64,000 bases of DNA from the NCBI GenBank assembly GCA_964016885.1, contig OZ024742.1, positions 151,404,001-151,468,000 of the forward strand, in the 5' to 3' direction. Shown piece after piece: positions 26,942 through 40,594 of the stretch. Below the pieces are notes generated by a model. That model was not told where the DNA came from. It was given only the letters and a program-made list of their open reading frames with translations, and ran no database searches. Numbering within the stretch: the first letter of the stretch is position 1; every line of letters starts with the position of its first letter. Position numbers and translations under genes: made by a program. Origin of the DNA: Eledone cirrhosa. Its lineage: Eukaryota.

Positions 26942-27160
26942 TACGAGAGTCGGTTGAATATTTTTTGGCCTGAAAAGTTCATAGTCTGACCAAGACACTG
27001 CCATGAAATGACCAAATGAAGTTTATTTTTCAACATAGTCCCTGGAAAGAAACAATGCAGTTATTAATAAGAAGAGCTGAAATTAATACATGCAAGATTT
27101 CACAGCTCTAGTATCAATCCTTCATCGCCAGCCTATGAACTTTTCTGCTGACCCTTTTTA
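26942..27160. mobile_element. Non-autonomous mariner-like element (MITE)
   Basis: Left tacgagagtcgg...gaaaagttcatagtctg and right cagcctatgaacttttctgctgaccc..ta form imperfect TIRs. Confidence 0.55.
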
Positions 27161-27478
27161 TAATTTTTATAATTATGTCCTAAACTATGCCCTCAGTTCA
27201 AATCGCACCAAAGTGGACTTTACCTTTTATACTTTAGTACCAAATAAAGTACCAATTCAATACTGGAACGATTCTTTTTTTCATGCATTCTCTCATGAAA
27301 AATCGGCTTTATATAGGTTTAAAGGAATTTCATTTGTCAGGATGGTGTTCCTACCTCTATTAAAGGCAAAGGGCTGAAACTGTGTCTGTCCATGTTCTAA
27401 CCAGTATAGAGAGGTAAAATCATAATTAAGAAGATCTAAAGTCAGATACCTGTTTGTACTGGGACTTACCATTTCCTG

Positions 27479-27509
<31 letters not shown>

Positions 27510-27512
27510 CAT

Positions 27513-27552
<40 letters not shown>

Positions 27553-27554
27553 GT

Positions 27555-29740
27555 AGGAGGTGAGTTTTATTGTAGTACAATAAAGCAATGCAGATATCGG
27601 ATAAGAAGCACTCTACAGTTTGTGGGACTGGAGTATGCATAATATAAGATCAAAAGATGGTTAAAGGAGTTCCATATATTTTATTATGCGCATTTCAAAA
27701 ACAAACATCATCAAGCAATAATATTTGTGTTTTCATCAGATAAAACAGGAGAACATGATATGAAGGCTAAAAAACACTTGTGGATAGTGCAGTTTTAAAT
27801 CAACATATGAAAAGTGGTTTTAGATTGATGTGTGATATTGGGAAAAATATTTTATTTAGAGAGGGAGGGGGGGGGGAAGGATGAAAAGGGAAGGAGATGA
27901 GAGGGAGAGATGGGTGATAGAGAGAAAGAGATAGTTTTTATAACTGAGAGGAGATATATTTTTTACATAGAGGGGTTGAAAACCGTTGGAAGATACTGTA
28001 TAAATTAAAAATTTTGAAAATTAACGAAGGGAGGATATGTGCGAGGAAAAAAATATTTTATTTAGGGAGGGGGGGGGGTGGAAAGGATGAAAAAAAAGGG
28101 GGAGGAGATGAGAGTGAAGGTGGAGAGGGAGAGATGGGTGATAGAGAGAAAGAGATAGTTTTTATAACTGAGAAAAAGATATATTGTTTTAATATAGAGA
28201 GGTTGGGAGCCGTTGGAAGATAATGTATAAATTAAAGGAATTTGAAAATTAACGAAGGGAAATTATGTATGAAGATAGAGAGAAAAAAAAAATAATTGTG
28301 GGTGAATATTCTAACGTCAAAAGAAGAAATGTATGTATTGTGGCAATTTCAAAATTAGCGAAGAGAAAAATTGTTAAGGTTTGTGTGTAGAAGGATTTGA
28401 GAAAAATAATGTGAAGTTAAAGTTTGTATATTGAATTGATAATATATGCGAATAAAGAGTTAATATGTATTAATAATGAGTTCGTTGATGAGGAGAAAAA
28501 AATAATAATAAATTAAGGATGAAATTGAGATTAAAAAGATTTATGATAGAGAGAAAAAATAATAATGATTGCGGATGAATATTCAAAATGTCAAAAACAA
28601 ATGTTATTATTTTACGAGAAGATAGAATGAGGGTAATGAGTAAATGAGTATTATAGAGTGTATAATGCCCTTTAAAGTAAGGTAGATGGGTATATTTTAA
28701 AGAGGTGTATGTATATGTGACTTTGAGAAAAGATTCTAAATTGATAAAGAATTGAATATTAACTGTATACTTTGTGAAAAGTTCTATGGAATTTATGCAG
28801 GCAGATAGAAAACAAATCTGAGCGTCTATTTATTATAGAATCTAGGTTAGAGATAATGGTAAATTTTTCATTTAGGCAGAGATTACAGATTTTAGATAGA
28901 GAGCTGTTCAAGTATGAGGATGCAGAAGAAATCTTCTTCCAAAAGATGGTATATTTAATGTTTTTGTCTTTTAAGGACCATATGAGTTCTGAGAGAGCAG
29001 TGTTAGTTCTTTTAAGTTTGTATTTGAAAGATACAAACTTAAAAGAAGTATATATCCGTGGTAATGGTGGTGTCGTTTTTGATTACCATTATATCTAGGA
29101 ATGGTAATTTGGTACTACTCATCTCTTTTGTAAATTGGAGAGATGGGTGTAGGTTATTCAGGAGGATATTGAACTCATCCGGTGTATCTAGAGATTCTGT
29201 CCAGATGATGAAACTGTCGTCAAGGTATCTCTTCTAAGAATTTTCAATGTACTTTCTAAAGTCAGTGCTATTATTTTTCCTCTATTTCTAGGTAGAGTTG
29301 TTGTTCTAAGTAACACATTACAGAGTTCGTGTAAACGGGAGCAAACTTCGTTCCCATCGCTGTGCCTCTAATTTGGATGTAATTCTTTCCATTGAAGAAG
29401 AATGTCTTGTTTTTCAGAATAAGTCTGACTGCGTCTAATATAAATGGCACTGTGAATCTGGTGGGAATCACTTCTCTATGTTTTTCCACCCAGTATTTAA
29501 ACGCCTTTATTCCTAAATCATGTGTAATGTTGGTGTAAAGGCTTACCACATCAAAACTAAGTAGAAGTGAATTCGTTTCCGTGGTTTTGGGAAGATGGGA
29601 CAGGAAGTCGATATCATCCCGGATGAAACTGGGTATGTGAATACATAGTGGTTTCAAAATAATGTCAACAAAATTGCTTAGACGGTGGGTAGGGCATGTT
29701 GGACCAGCTATAATAGGTCTAAGTTTTAAGTCTTTTGGGT
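27555..29740 (-). mobile_element. Penelope-like element remnant, internally deleted or chimeric
   Basis: RT ORF 29271..29657 (FDVVSLYT, GTAMGT) then RYLDD; endonuclease C-terminus (TALSELIW...CNLCLNEK) at ~28790-29090; HHR in the 3' region. Confidence 0.8.
27678..27746 (-). ncRNA. Type I hammerhead ribozyme
   Basis: GTTTTAT CTGATGA aaac-acaaatattatt-gctt-gatgatgtttgt-tttt GAAA TGCGCA TA ATAAAAT. Confidence 0.85.
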
Positions 29741-29743
29741 GTA

Positions 29744-29885
<142 letters not shown>

Positions 29886-29971
29886 TCAGGAAAAACTTGA
29901 CTATCCAGGAAAAAACTTGGACCGTTAAGATCTTCTTCCTGGTTATGTCAATATTTATAAAACAAAGTTTG

Positions 29972-30032
29972 TATTTCATCTGATGAGGGCGTACCAAAGT
30001 TTTGGTACCCTTGAAATATATATAATAGAATA
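29972..30032 (+). ncRNA. Type I hammerhead ribozyme (family C)
   Basis: TATTTCAT CTGATGA gggc-gtaccaa-agtt-ttggtac-cctt GAAA TATATA TA ATAGAATA. Confidence 0.75.
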
Positions 30033-30170
30033 AATATGGTTTTATAAATATAGTTTCCATTTATTTAATATTATTGAATATTATACTCCAGAAAACTTGT
30101 CGAGTGCTTCGAATCAGTTATAAACATATATAATTGTTGAATTACCAACAAACTAAATATCTCCTTTGCT

Positions 30171-30300
<130 letters not shown>

Positions 30301-30374
30301 CTTTGAAATGTTTTGGCCAGTATTGGCCCAGGCCATATCTAACTTAATAGCACCACCTGGCGAAGTCTTTCAAT

Positions 30375-33300
30375 TCAGGATTTGGGCACCATGGCCCATT
30401 CGAGAAGAGAATTACTGTTTGCGGAGACATATCCGGGTGTGGGTGGTTTGTACGGGATTACTTGGAGGAATTTGTCCAAAGACTTCTTGAATTTTGTGTG
30501 GTCAGTTTCTGTTTTGACGTGTCCTGGTGTGATGTTGAAGAGAGCAGGGCCAATTGAGGTGAAATAATTGTGCCGTATTGTTGTTATGAGTTGCGATTTA
30601 GATTTTTGTTTGGGACGGATAGCACGGGGCCCAAGCCTTGGGTGTAATTTGAAGGTGATGCCAACATAATTTGGGCAGTGCTGATGAAACATTTTCCACA
30701 TCATGCAGATAATATAACGCTCACGGCGACGTTGGAGTGAGTAAGGTTTCAGCTTTTCTAGTCGACCCCAGTAGTCAAGGTCTGAGATGTCATCTATCTT
30801 TTTCGTGATTGCCCTTTGGGGAGCTTCAAGTTTCATGATACTTTGTTTCGTGTGGGGAGACCACAGTGGACAACAGTATTCAAGGTGTGGTCGAGCAAAA
30901 GTAGAGAAGAGAAGGATAATGGTGTGGGAATCTCTCGACTGGAAGGTTCTGAGGATCCAGGAACACATTCTGCGGGCCATGTCAACTTTGCTGCTTATAT
31001 GCGTGGCCCAGCTTATGTTGCTGTCCACGGTTACTCCCAAGTCTCTGATGTTGTTAGATGCCACGAGAGTTTCACCGGAGGGAAGGGAGTACGGGAGTTT
31101 CAGAGCATCCTCTTTTCCAAAGTGGATCAGTTCGAATTTGTCTTCGTTCAGTAACATGTTGTTCTTTTCCGCCCATTGGGTAACAGCCAGTAGGTCTGAC
31201 TGAAGGCTTATACGGTCATCCACGCCATCGATGACCTTTTGGAGCTTGGAATCATCAGCGAAAATTCTAATGCTGCTGTGTTTGATGATGTCAGTGATGT
31301 CATTAATATAGATGATGAAGAGAAGTGGGCCCAACACAGTGCCTTGTGGGACCCCACTACTGACTTTGGCTGGGCTGGATTTGACTCCTTCGACTACAAC
31401 ATGTTGGGTTCTGTTTGACAGGTAGCTCTTGATCCACTGTAGCAGCTTTCCAGTGACACCAATATTGGACAGCTTTCTCAGTAGAATGTTGTGATCAACC
31501 CTGTCAAAGGCCTTGCTGAAATCAAGGTAGATAACATCAGTGTTGGAACCCTCTCCCAAGGCTCTCAAAATGTCATCAAAGTGATGCAGTAGCTGCGTCA
31601 GGCAATCCCTTCCATTACGGAATCCATGCTGGTTGGAGTTCAGCATATTGTTACTCTCAAGGAAGTGAGTCATTCGCGATCTCACCATTCTCTCAAATAC
31701 CTTAATGATATGAGAGGTGAGTGAGATTGGACGGTAATTCACGGCAAGGGATTTGTTTCCTTTTTTGAAAACTGGGACAACAGACTGGGATAGAAGGTTT
31801 TCTGGCACATATCCAGCATCCAGTGAGTCCCGCCACAGATTGGCAAGAGGAGATGCAAGTTGGTGTTGACACGCCTTCAAGACACAAGCAGGGAACCTAT
31901 CGGGACCTACTGCTGAATTATGCTTAATTTCCTTTATTGCCGCTAAGACATCAGGGGCGCCAAACGTTATGTCCGATAAGGTGTAATGGGGAGTAACATC
32001 GCCGATACAGCCCAGATCGGCCATATCAGGATTGCTGAAAACAGAGCAGTATTGTTTCTGCAGTATCTCACCCATGGTTTTAGCATTGTCTTGAAGAGTG
32101 CCATTTTCATCAATTAGAGGGCCAACAGTGGAGCCAGTGATTTTGTGTTTTTTTGCAAATAAAAAGAACACTTTGGGATTGAGTTTGATCTTCTCAATGG
32201 CCCAGGCCTCTTCAGCTCTTCACTGATTGTTGATGATAGACATCATATTGTTTTGGAGGTTATGTTTTTTAATCTCTAGTGATGAAATGGCAGTCAAGTT
32301 GATGTGTTGCTGCTGACAGTATTTCAGCTTGTTGATTTTTTTGTTCGTTCTCTTAATTTTCCTGATGAGCGTTTTTCTATTTCTAGGGATTCTGCTCTTA
32401 GATTTGTTTATAGTTCTTAATGAGGTGTGTTTTGCACATATGTTTGTAACAGTGTCTACAAATGTCTGCCAGGACTTTTTGATGTTAGTGGGTGTATGAG
32501 TGTGCGTGAAGGACCAGTCGACATGTGCAAGATCATGACTGATCGCTTCCCAGTTTGCATTGTGGAAATCCATAGCGTCAAACGGATGGACAGGAGAGAT
32601 GACATTGGGTTTGTATATTGGACGGTGGAATCTCAGATCACAGAGAACCATGTCATGATCAGAGAGTAGAGTTTTCTCCACTGCAATATTGTGGATATTG
32701 TCAGTGTGATTGCTGAAAATTAAGTCTAGGACGTTTTTGTGGCACCTCGTTGGTTCGAGCACCAGTTGGGACAGGAAGAAATCATCCATGAAGTCAAGAA
32801 GCGATTCCACTGATTCCCTGTCAGAGGTTGAGGCAGAAGACCCTGGTGGCAGGCTGTTTGTGGACCAGTCAACTCCGAGGAGGTTGAAGTCCCCCATCAT
32901 TAAGATGTCAGGGTGACACTCTTGGATGAAACACTTTATGCTGTTGAGGCATTCCTTGAAGCATGGTACAGGCGTTTGGGGTGGCCTATAGAGCCCAACT
33001 ACTATTAGGTTGTTGGTTTGACTGAATACAGTGACTGCTTCGCAGTATCCATTAGTAAATATGTTCATAGCCTCTGTTGAGAAAGAATTATGGACATAAA
33101 TGGCAGTCCCACCCTTTCTTCTGCCAGCGCGATCAGCACGGATGGCTTTGAAATTTTTCACTTTCGCCTCGGCTTCCAAGTGGAGGTTACTGAGATGGGT
33201 TTCAGTGAGGACGAAGAAAGGGATGTGGTTTGGATGGACATCAACCCAGTCCTCCAGGAATTTGATCTTCCATTTTTGAGTATTGGTGGAAGGGCTGATG

Positions 33301-33392
33301 CCTTGGGCGTTAAGCAAAAATGTTGAGGCGAGAGTGGATGGTTTTAATTGTTTTGGTGTGTTGTTAATTTGTTTGTTTGTTAATGGCAGCAA
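30375..33392 (-). pseudogene. LINE ORF2 (APE-RT) with a single in-frame stop at 32220-32222
   Basis: ORFs 32220..33392 and 30375..32171 are in the same frame, joined by *RAEEAWAIEKIKLNPK. Confidence 0.88.
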
Positions 33393-33805
33393 TGGGTGTT
33401 TGTGCAGTGGGGTGATAGTGGAGGGTGGTGCTGGGTGATAGCTCGAATGTTTTTTTCCAGTTCTTTTGCCAGATTCATTATGGCTAAAAAAGAGGAAGAA
33501 GTTTCCTGTTTAGGAGACTGTTGGTGACTGTGGTAGTGGTTATTTTTATGTAGGTTATGGTTTTTGTTTTTGCTTTTATTTTTATTTTTATTTTCATTTG
33601 TCCGACGGGTCCCCGGGAGATGGGTAAAGGGACAATCTCGGTGTAAACACAATCTGTCTCGCAGGGAAAAGCGGCAGATTTGTGGATTCCTTGTTTGAGT
33701 TATTGGTGGTTGTGTTGGTGTTAAATTAGAGTATGTATTATGGTGGTGGCTGTTTGTGGGGATAGACCGTTTTATCCTAGGTAAATGGGTGAATATCGCA
33801 GCCAC
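33380..33805 (-). CDS. Short LINE ORF1 remnant with a CCCH-like zinc finger
   Basis: CRFSLRDRLCLHRDCPFTH immediately upstream of ORF2. Confidence 0.55.
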   Translation of the reverse strand: MAAIFTHLPRIKRSIPTNSHHHNTYSNLTPTQPPITQTRNPQICRFSLRDRLCLHRDCPFTHLPGTRRTNENKNKNKSKNKNHNLHKNNHYHSHQQSPKQETSSSFLAIMNLAKELEKNIRAITQHHPPLSPHCTNTHCCH

Positions 33806-33936
33806 TATCCGTACATATTCTATAGCGTAGAGAGTAGCGGCAAATGATGGGGTTTCGAGTGGGTGTGTATGTGTGTGTGTGTGTTGTGAGAGGTGTAGAT
33901 ATATATATATATATATATATAGTTTTAATATAGATG

Positions 33937-33987
33937 AGATTCTACAGGACTAGAACTGTTTCATTCTTTAGAAATCATCAGGAATCT
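33937..33987 (-). ncRNA. Type I hammerhead ribozyme in a ~100-bp insert between (TA)n runs
   Basis: AGATTC CTGATGA t-ttc-taaa-gaa-t GAAA CAG-ttctagtc-CTG TA GAATCT. Confidence 0.85.
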
Positions 33988-34647
33988 GGCTTACCAAAAA
34001 TAAATGGTGTATTTATAGCTCTTATATATATGTGTATATAAGAAAAGAGTCAGGACCCCGACGCAGTTCGGATCTAGCTGTCGAAACGGCCGGAGCTCAT
34101 CCGTCAAGGTCCTGACTCTTTTGCTATTACCTTCTCTACCACCCTAAGTATCGAGTACTCTGGTGCGTTATGGTCCACCTGGTATCTTACCACACTTTCT
34201 TTGTTCTTTGTTATATATGTATATATATATATATATATACACATATATATATATATACGTGGGTCCCGGGTTCAATCGGGGATAATAACAGTAAGTATGG
34301 TACTCAATACATTAGTAGATGTGTATACAACAAAATTTAATATAGAAATGGAGGCCATTTCTATATTAAATTTTGTTATATATACAGAAATATAGAAAAT
34401 GCTACAGGCACTGGAAATGAGAGGTTACGGCAACTACTTAGGCATCTCACACAAAGACCACACATCACAACAACAATACCAACAGCAACATATGTATGAA
34501 TAGACTTGGTGAAAATTTGTCGCCGAATTGACAGAGCTAGAACGTCGGATAGAATGTTTTGCGAAAGTTCGTTCTGGCTCTCTCTTCCTTCCCATCTCTC
34601 TCTCTTTAGCACATTACAACTTCCGGCAAGCTCGTATATTATCTCTT

Positions 34648-34680
<33 letters not shown>

Positions 34681-35768
34681 GAAACACACAACACTCTCTC
34701 TCTATCTCTCTACCTCCTCCTCTTCCCACGGCCTCGTCTCACCGTGTCCGGTTTGTCCATCTATACGATCTCTCTCTCAGAGCTCTCTCTCTCTCTTCTT
34801 ATCTTGTTTCTCCATCTCACAATCTCTCAATCCTCCACTACACTCGTCTCCCTTTCTAACAATCTCCTTCCCTATTTCTACTATCCCCCCTCACTCTGCT
34901 TGTCTTTGTCTCCCTTTTGTGAAGGCGTGTGGCTGAGTGGTTAGAGAATTGGATGGTTGCGAGTTCAATTCCCGGACCGGGCGATGCGTTATGTCCTTGA
35001 TCAAGACACTTTATTTCACGTTGCTCCTTCTACCTGGACTTGCGACCGATAGATAGTATTAGCAACTGGGAAGACCAATGGGAACATTGTTTCCTCGGTC
35101 CGATTTGAAGAAAGTCTATCGTTCCTTCTTTTGTCTCCCTCTATCAAGTATTTACATTCTCCTCATCTCTCCGCCGCCTTTATCTCTCCATCTCATTGGT
35201 CACCTGCCCAATATCTCCTTTCCTTCGTCTCTGCATCTCACTTTTTTCCGAACCTCCTTCTTCTATCCTCTCTACCTACCATCCCCACCTGTCCACCCTG
35301 ATCTTTCCACCCCATTTCCCCATTCCAATCTCTCTCCCCCATCGCTCCATCTCTCCACCCTAATCACCCTATCTCTCCATCTCTCCACTCCATCACCCCC
35401 CCCCCTCCCCCCATCACTCCATCTGTCCACTCAATCTTCCTACCACTACATCTTTCTACCACCCTATTCCTCCACCTTCCCATCTCCTCATCCTCTCCCC
35501 ACCACGCTCCCCACCCATCCCACGACCCGCCACCATACAGTCAGGAAAGAGACATCCACTGCCAACGTCTGTCGTTGATTGTCCAACATTATATTGTGAA
35601 GAAAATCTAATCTATTGCCACGCATGCGTATTTAATTCACAACATGACCACCGGACATGAATACTGTAGGTGATTGTGTATCTATGTGTATGTATATGTG
35701 TATGTATGTGTTTGTGTGTGTGTGTGTGTGTATTATAGTATCTGTGTGAACGTGTGTGTGTGTTATAG

Positions 35769-36130
35769 TATCTGTGTGAGCGTGTGTATGTGTATGTGTA
35801 TGTGTTTATGTATTTGTGTATGTATATGTTTGTGCGTGCTTATGTGTATGAGACTATCTGTGTGAACGTGTGCGTGTGTATGTGTATGTGTTTATGTATT
35901 TGTGTATGTATATGTTTGTGCGTGCTTATGTGTATGAGACTATCTGTGTGAACGTGTGCGTGTGTATGTGTATGTGTTTATGTATTTGTGTATGTATATG
36001 TTTGTGCGTGCTTATGTGTATGAGACTATCTGTGTGAACGTGTGCGTGTGTATGTGTACGTGTTTATGTATTTGTGTATGTATATGTTTGTGCGTGCTTA
36101 TGTGTATGAGACTATCTGTGTGAACGAGTG
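35769..36130. repeat. 86-bp tandem repeat x4 within a TG/TATG-rich tract
   Basis: tatctgtgtga at 35769, 35855, 35941, 36027, 36113. Confidence 0.9.
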
Positions 36131-37229
36131 TGTGTGTGAGTGTATGTTTGTATGTATTTGTTTGTGTGGGTATGTATATGTATATGCGTACGTTTGTGTG
36201 TGTATGTGAATGTGAATATCTGTGTGAACGGGTGTATGAGGGTATGCATGTGTTTGAGTGTTTTGTATGTTTGCGTGTGTGTATGTGTGTATGTTTGTAT
36301 GTGTGTGTGAATGTATGTGCGCGTGTATTTGCATGTGTGTATGTATGTGGATATTTATATGCATACATTTGTGTGTGTGTATGTGTATGTGCGTGTCTGT
36401 GTGAATGCATGCGTTTGAGTGTTATTGTGTGCTTGTGTGTGCGTATGTGTGTGTATGTTTGGTGTATATGACTGTATGTGTGAATATACATGTTTGTGTG
36501 TGTATGTGTATGCGTCTGTGTGAATGTGTGTATGTGTGTATGTATATGTATATGCATGTGTATTTACATATGTATATATGTGTATATGTATATATGTATA
36601 TACATGTATACATATGTATATATATGCGCGGGAACAGAAATAATCGAGCTGGATACCCGATTGCGCGGTTAAACCACTGGGAGTGAAGGACCCCTAGCCT
36701 TTGTCAGGGCATTCTTCTAGGAGAAGGCAACTCAGGAAACTGGGATAACTCCGACATAAAACCTGCAGCTCAGTAGTTACCGATGATGTTGATCTTTTCT
36801 TCTTTTCGGGTTATAGCTACTGTCGCTCAGAGAGTGGGATTGGCTCAGTGCACAGTCTTTCCTCACTTCACGCACAGGCATTGCACGATAGCATTAATTG
36901 ATAATTATTAATAATGTTATATTGTGCAATGGCCATACTCGATAATGAGGGGCAGCCATCATGCATGTGTGTATGTGAGTATGTAAGTGTCTTTTGAATG
37001 TGTGTATGTGGGTATGCGTGTAGTTGTCTGTATGATTGAATATGATTTCTAATTGGTTTGTAACTTTAAATTCCAACAGCTGAACCGTCGTTTAGCAAGT
37101 GACGGTTATTGAATCATGTTCAATAGTAGTGGCCGCGTGCTGTAAATATCCGGTTAGACATGCGCACAATGAAATGTCAGTGAAGTAAACGTGATATTTG
37201 CAATAAATTAATAAGTACATCTCTACATT

Positions 37230-37603
37230 CCAGAACCACATCATGAGACTTGTGACTGGCAAGCGGCTCAGCGACCGTATCTGTATCAGTGAGCTACTCA
37301 ACATTACCAAAACTAGACCAATTACATCAATTGTCAAGTCAAGAGTACTCAAACTATACGGCCATATAAAAAGATCAACTCGTGGTGTGAGTAGGTTATG
37401 CCCGGAAGGAAGGCTGGCTGGTAAAAGAAGCAAAGGCCGGCAGCCAAAACGATGGCTTGATAATGTCAACTTATGGACCGGACTTGATCTATGCTTTTTA
37501 AACTCTACTGCTGGTAATCGAACTTTGTGGAGAGAGATATCACATGTTAATGCGCAGTCTGCAACTGGCGGAGATTAGCGTCACAAGAAGAGAAGAAGAA
37601 GAA
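37230..37603 (+). mobile_element. RTE-clade LINE 3' fragment
   Basis: LKLYGHIKR...EGRLAGKRSKGRQPKRWLDNV...NRTLWR; (AAG)n tail. Confidence 0.8.
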
Positions 37604-37714
37604 TAAGTACATCTGGTTTGTAGTGTTAGTGATACTGTTGATGTTTCACCGCTACCATGACTACCAACATTATTTTCCTGATTCAATCTTTCTTTTTCAT
37701 ATACATGTAATTAA

Positions 37715-38300
37715 ATGTTTTATTGTAATAAAAAATGCAAGTGCCTTTTGAGATTATGAAAACGGAAAGGAAGGAAAAAGCTAGGGCTCTAGTGTCACAT
37801 CAGAATGGGAGGGGAAGGAGGGAGGTGATGAGTTCAAGGCCTAGGGTGCGGTGGTATTTGGGCTGCGCTCCGCGGACAAGGTCACAAGCGCATTCCCGTG
37901 GAGAATGGCCAGCGGCACCCATTCCAACAGCCACCCCACCTCGCGGGGCTCCTTCCTCAGACGGGCTGCTGACGTTCCGATTATGCGGAGGAACTCGGTA
38001 GTTCGGGGTCTCGATGGCGACGCCGTACGAAGGTAAAACGGCCGGGTAACCCTCAGTAATTTTTTGTCTTACTTTCCTTTACATTGCGGACAGCAGTATC
38101 GGGGTTTGTGTCCGAAGCGACTAAGTTGGAAACGGAGAACGAGTCACAGCATATGACGTCCTAGATGAGGCATGTACCTCTTTCGAATGGGAAGAGGATA
38201 ATTCCATCGGGGCGTTTGCCGTCTCCGCGGTCGAGGCATGTTGGCTCCAATTGTAATGGGAAGTTAGCTGCGTCCAAGTTCCTTCTTAATATGTTATTAT
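37715..38300 (-). mobile_element. CRE-clade (restriction-like endonuclease) non-LTR retrotransposon 3' fragment
   Basis: Minus-strand translation LEPTCLDRGDGKRPDGIILFPFERGTCLI*DVICCD ... WLLEWVPLAILHGNA; AATAAA downstream. Confidence 0.75.
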
Positions 38301-40429
38301 CAATGGTTTTAAAGCCAACTTTATGAGCGAAACATGTATTGATAATAAAATTTCTTAATTAGTAAAAAATTATAATTGTTTCTACTTTTGGCACAAGGCC
38401 AGCAATTACCCCCAGTTCATTACTGGTGCTTTATTTCATCGACCCCGTAAGGATGAAAGGCAAAGTTAAGTAAAAAATTATAATAAAGTTCTACAAGAAT
38501 AAAAAAAAAGGAAAGTGTTTAAATATTAGTTTAAAACAAAGGCAACGGAGAAGAATTCTAGCTGGATCCTGTCAATAAAATGTCCACACGGTTTAAATAC
38601 ACAGAAAGTCCCCGATATCCGAATGGCTAAATGTCAGCAGGACATACTATATATGGTTAATGTTGAGCAAGCGTGATGGCGTTCTTGGAAGAGATTCTGG
38701 TGTCGATAAAGATCCACTGACTAGTGAAGTCTACAAATCTATTAGCTCATGGACTATGAACAACTTTCAGAAAACGTTCATCTGGCAGTGAACCCCGTAG
38801 TTATAACTGGTTCGAGATAAACTCTGTAGATAGGAAGTGTTATCAACCGTGATAGACTGAGATAATGGCAGTGAGATGAAAATGTTCAGTCTCCGTATCT
38901 TACTGACTTATGTAAATCAGTTGCTGTAACATATAGAACAGATCTGGCTATCAACATAAACATCATGCCTCATCATGTCTGAGAATTCATCTCTAACCTT
39001 TTCTATCCTTAACCATATCTTCCAGCTCAATCAAACTAAACGATTTATTTACGGCCTGGTCTATTGTTCTTCTCAGTCGCTGCAGCAGTGACACGTCGCT
39101 TCAAATCCATAGGCGTAGAACCACGTAATATATACCTAACATTGTCGTCTCCTAATGTCTCTGGCTATCAGCTGAGTATAGTTTGAATATGACCCGTCTC
39201 TTTGTCTTTATTCAAGAAGGACAGATGTAGTTTTACCTCTGACTGGTGGCTAAGTTTAAAGGTCGAAAGCACCAAAATACTTTCCCCCACCACCAAACTC
39301 TCAACATCTTTGTTATAACATTTAGAGAGGACGGTGGAGTGAAAAAAGAGGTACTGTTCTTCAATATATTTTCTAAAAGGTGGGTGAAAGAGGCGACTAT
39401 GACCCGGATCTTTCCGTTTTTAGTTCAAATCCTACTGAGGTCAACCTTGCTTTTCATCCTTTCAGGGTATATAAAATGTGATACCAGTTAAGTATTGGCG
39501 TCGATATAATCGATTTTCTCCCCCCCCCCCACAAATTGCAGGCCTTGTGCCTAGATTAAAAATATGGTCCATGGATTGCTAGAATAGTTAACAGGTCGGA
39601 AAAAATGCTTTTCAGCATTTAGTTATGTCCCTTTACATTCTGAGTTCAAATCTCGGAGAGGTCAACTTTGCCTTTCATTCTTACGGAATTGATAAAATAA
39701 AGTAACAGTAACGTATTGGGGTCGATTTAATTGATTTTCTCCTCCCTCAAAATAACTGACCTTGTGCCTAAATCAGAAACCACTAATATTATAAATATTA
39801 TTAATATATTTTATGGCTAATATGTCCTTTCCCTCTAATCGTAAATTATCGCAGTCAATCAAGCAATATTGAGAGGTTGGTTGCTCAAATTTAAACAGGA
39901 AGAGTACAAAATCAGATGGAGGAGTGAGTAAAACATTGTTAATAACGATAAAGAGATAAAGTAACAGCAAGCAGCGGGAGAGAAGGAGAGAGAGGGAGAG
40001 AGAGAGAAAGAGACATATAAACACACATACACGCATACACACATGCATGCAAACACACACACATGCACACGCATATACATAGTAGTAATAATAGTAGTAA
40101 TAATTGTTTCTACTTTTGGCACGAGGCCAGCAATTATCCCATTACATTACTGGTACATTATTTTATCGACCCCGTAAGGATGAAAGGCAAAGTTAACCTC
40201 TGCGGGATTTGAACTCAGATCATAAAGGGACGTAACTCTATGCTTCAAAGCATGGTGCCCGACTCTCTACCGATACTGCCAATCCACCGCCTTAGTAATA
40301 ATGTATAAAAAGACCTAAATCCAGAGAGGAGTCGATAAAGGTTGTATATATTTAAGTAAATATAGAAGTATATATAAACCTGTAGACTAAATATTTATCA
40401 TTAGCACAAATTAAAGGTTTAAACAAACA

Positions 40430-40576
<147 letters not shown>

Positions 40577-40594
40577 TATATATAAATAAATATA

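Noticed and set aside
30675-32375. CTGATGA matches inside the CR1 ORF2 (~30681, ~31252, ~32362)
   Set aside because: No stem II/GAAA/stem I arrangement; chance matches in coding DNA
37925-37975. ccc-acctcgc-ggg resembling the P3/L3 of an HDV-like ribozyme
   Set aside because: No P1 partner or P1.1 GG; it is the antisense strand of CRE coding sequence
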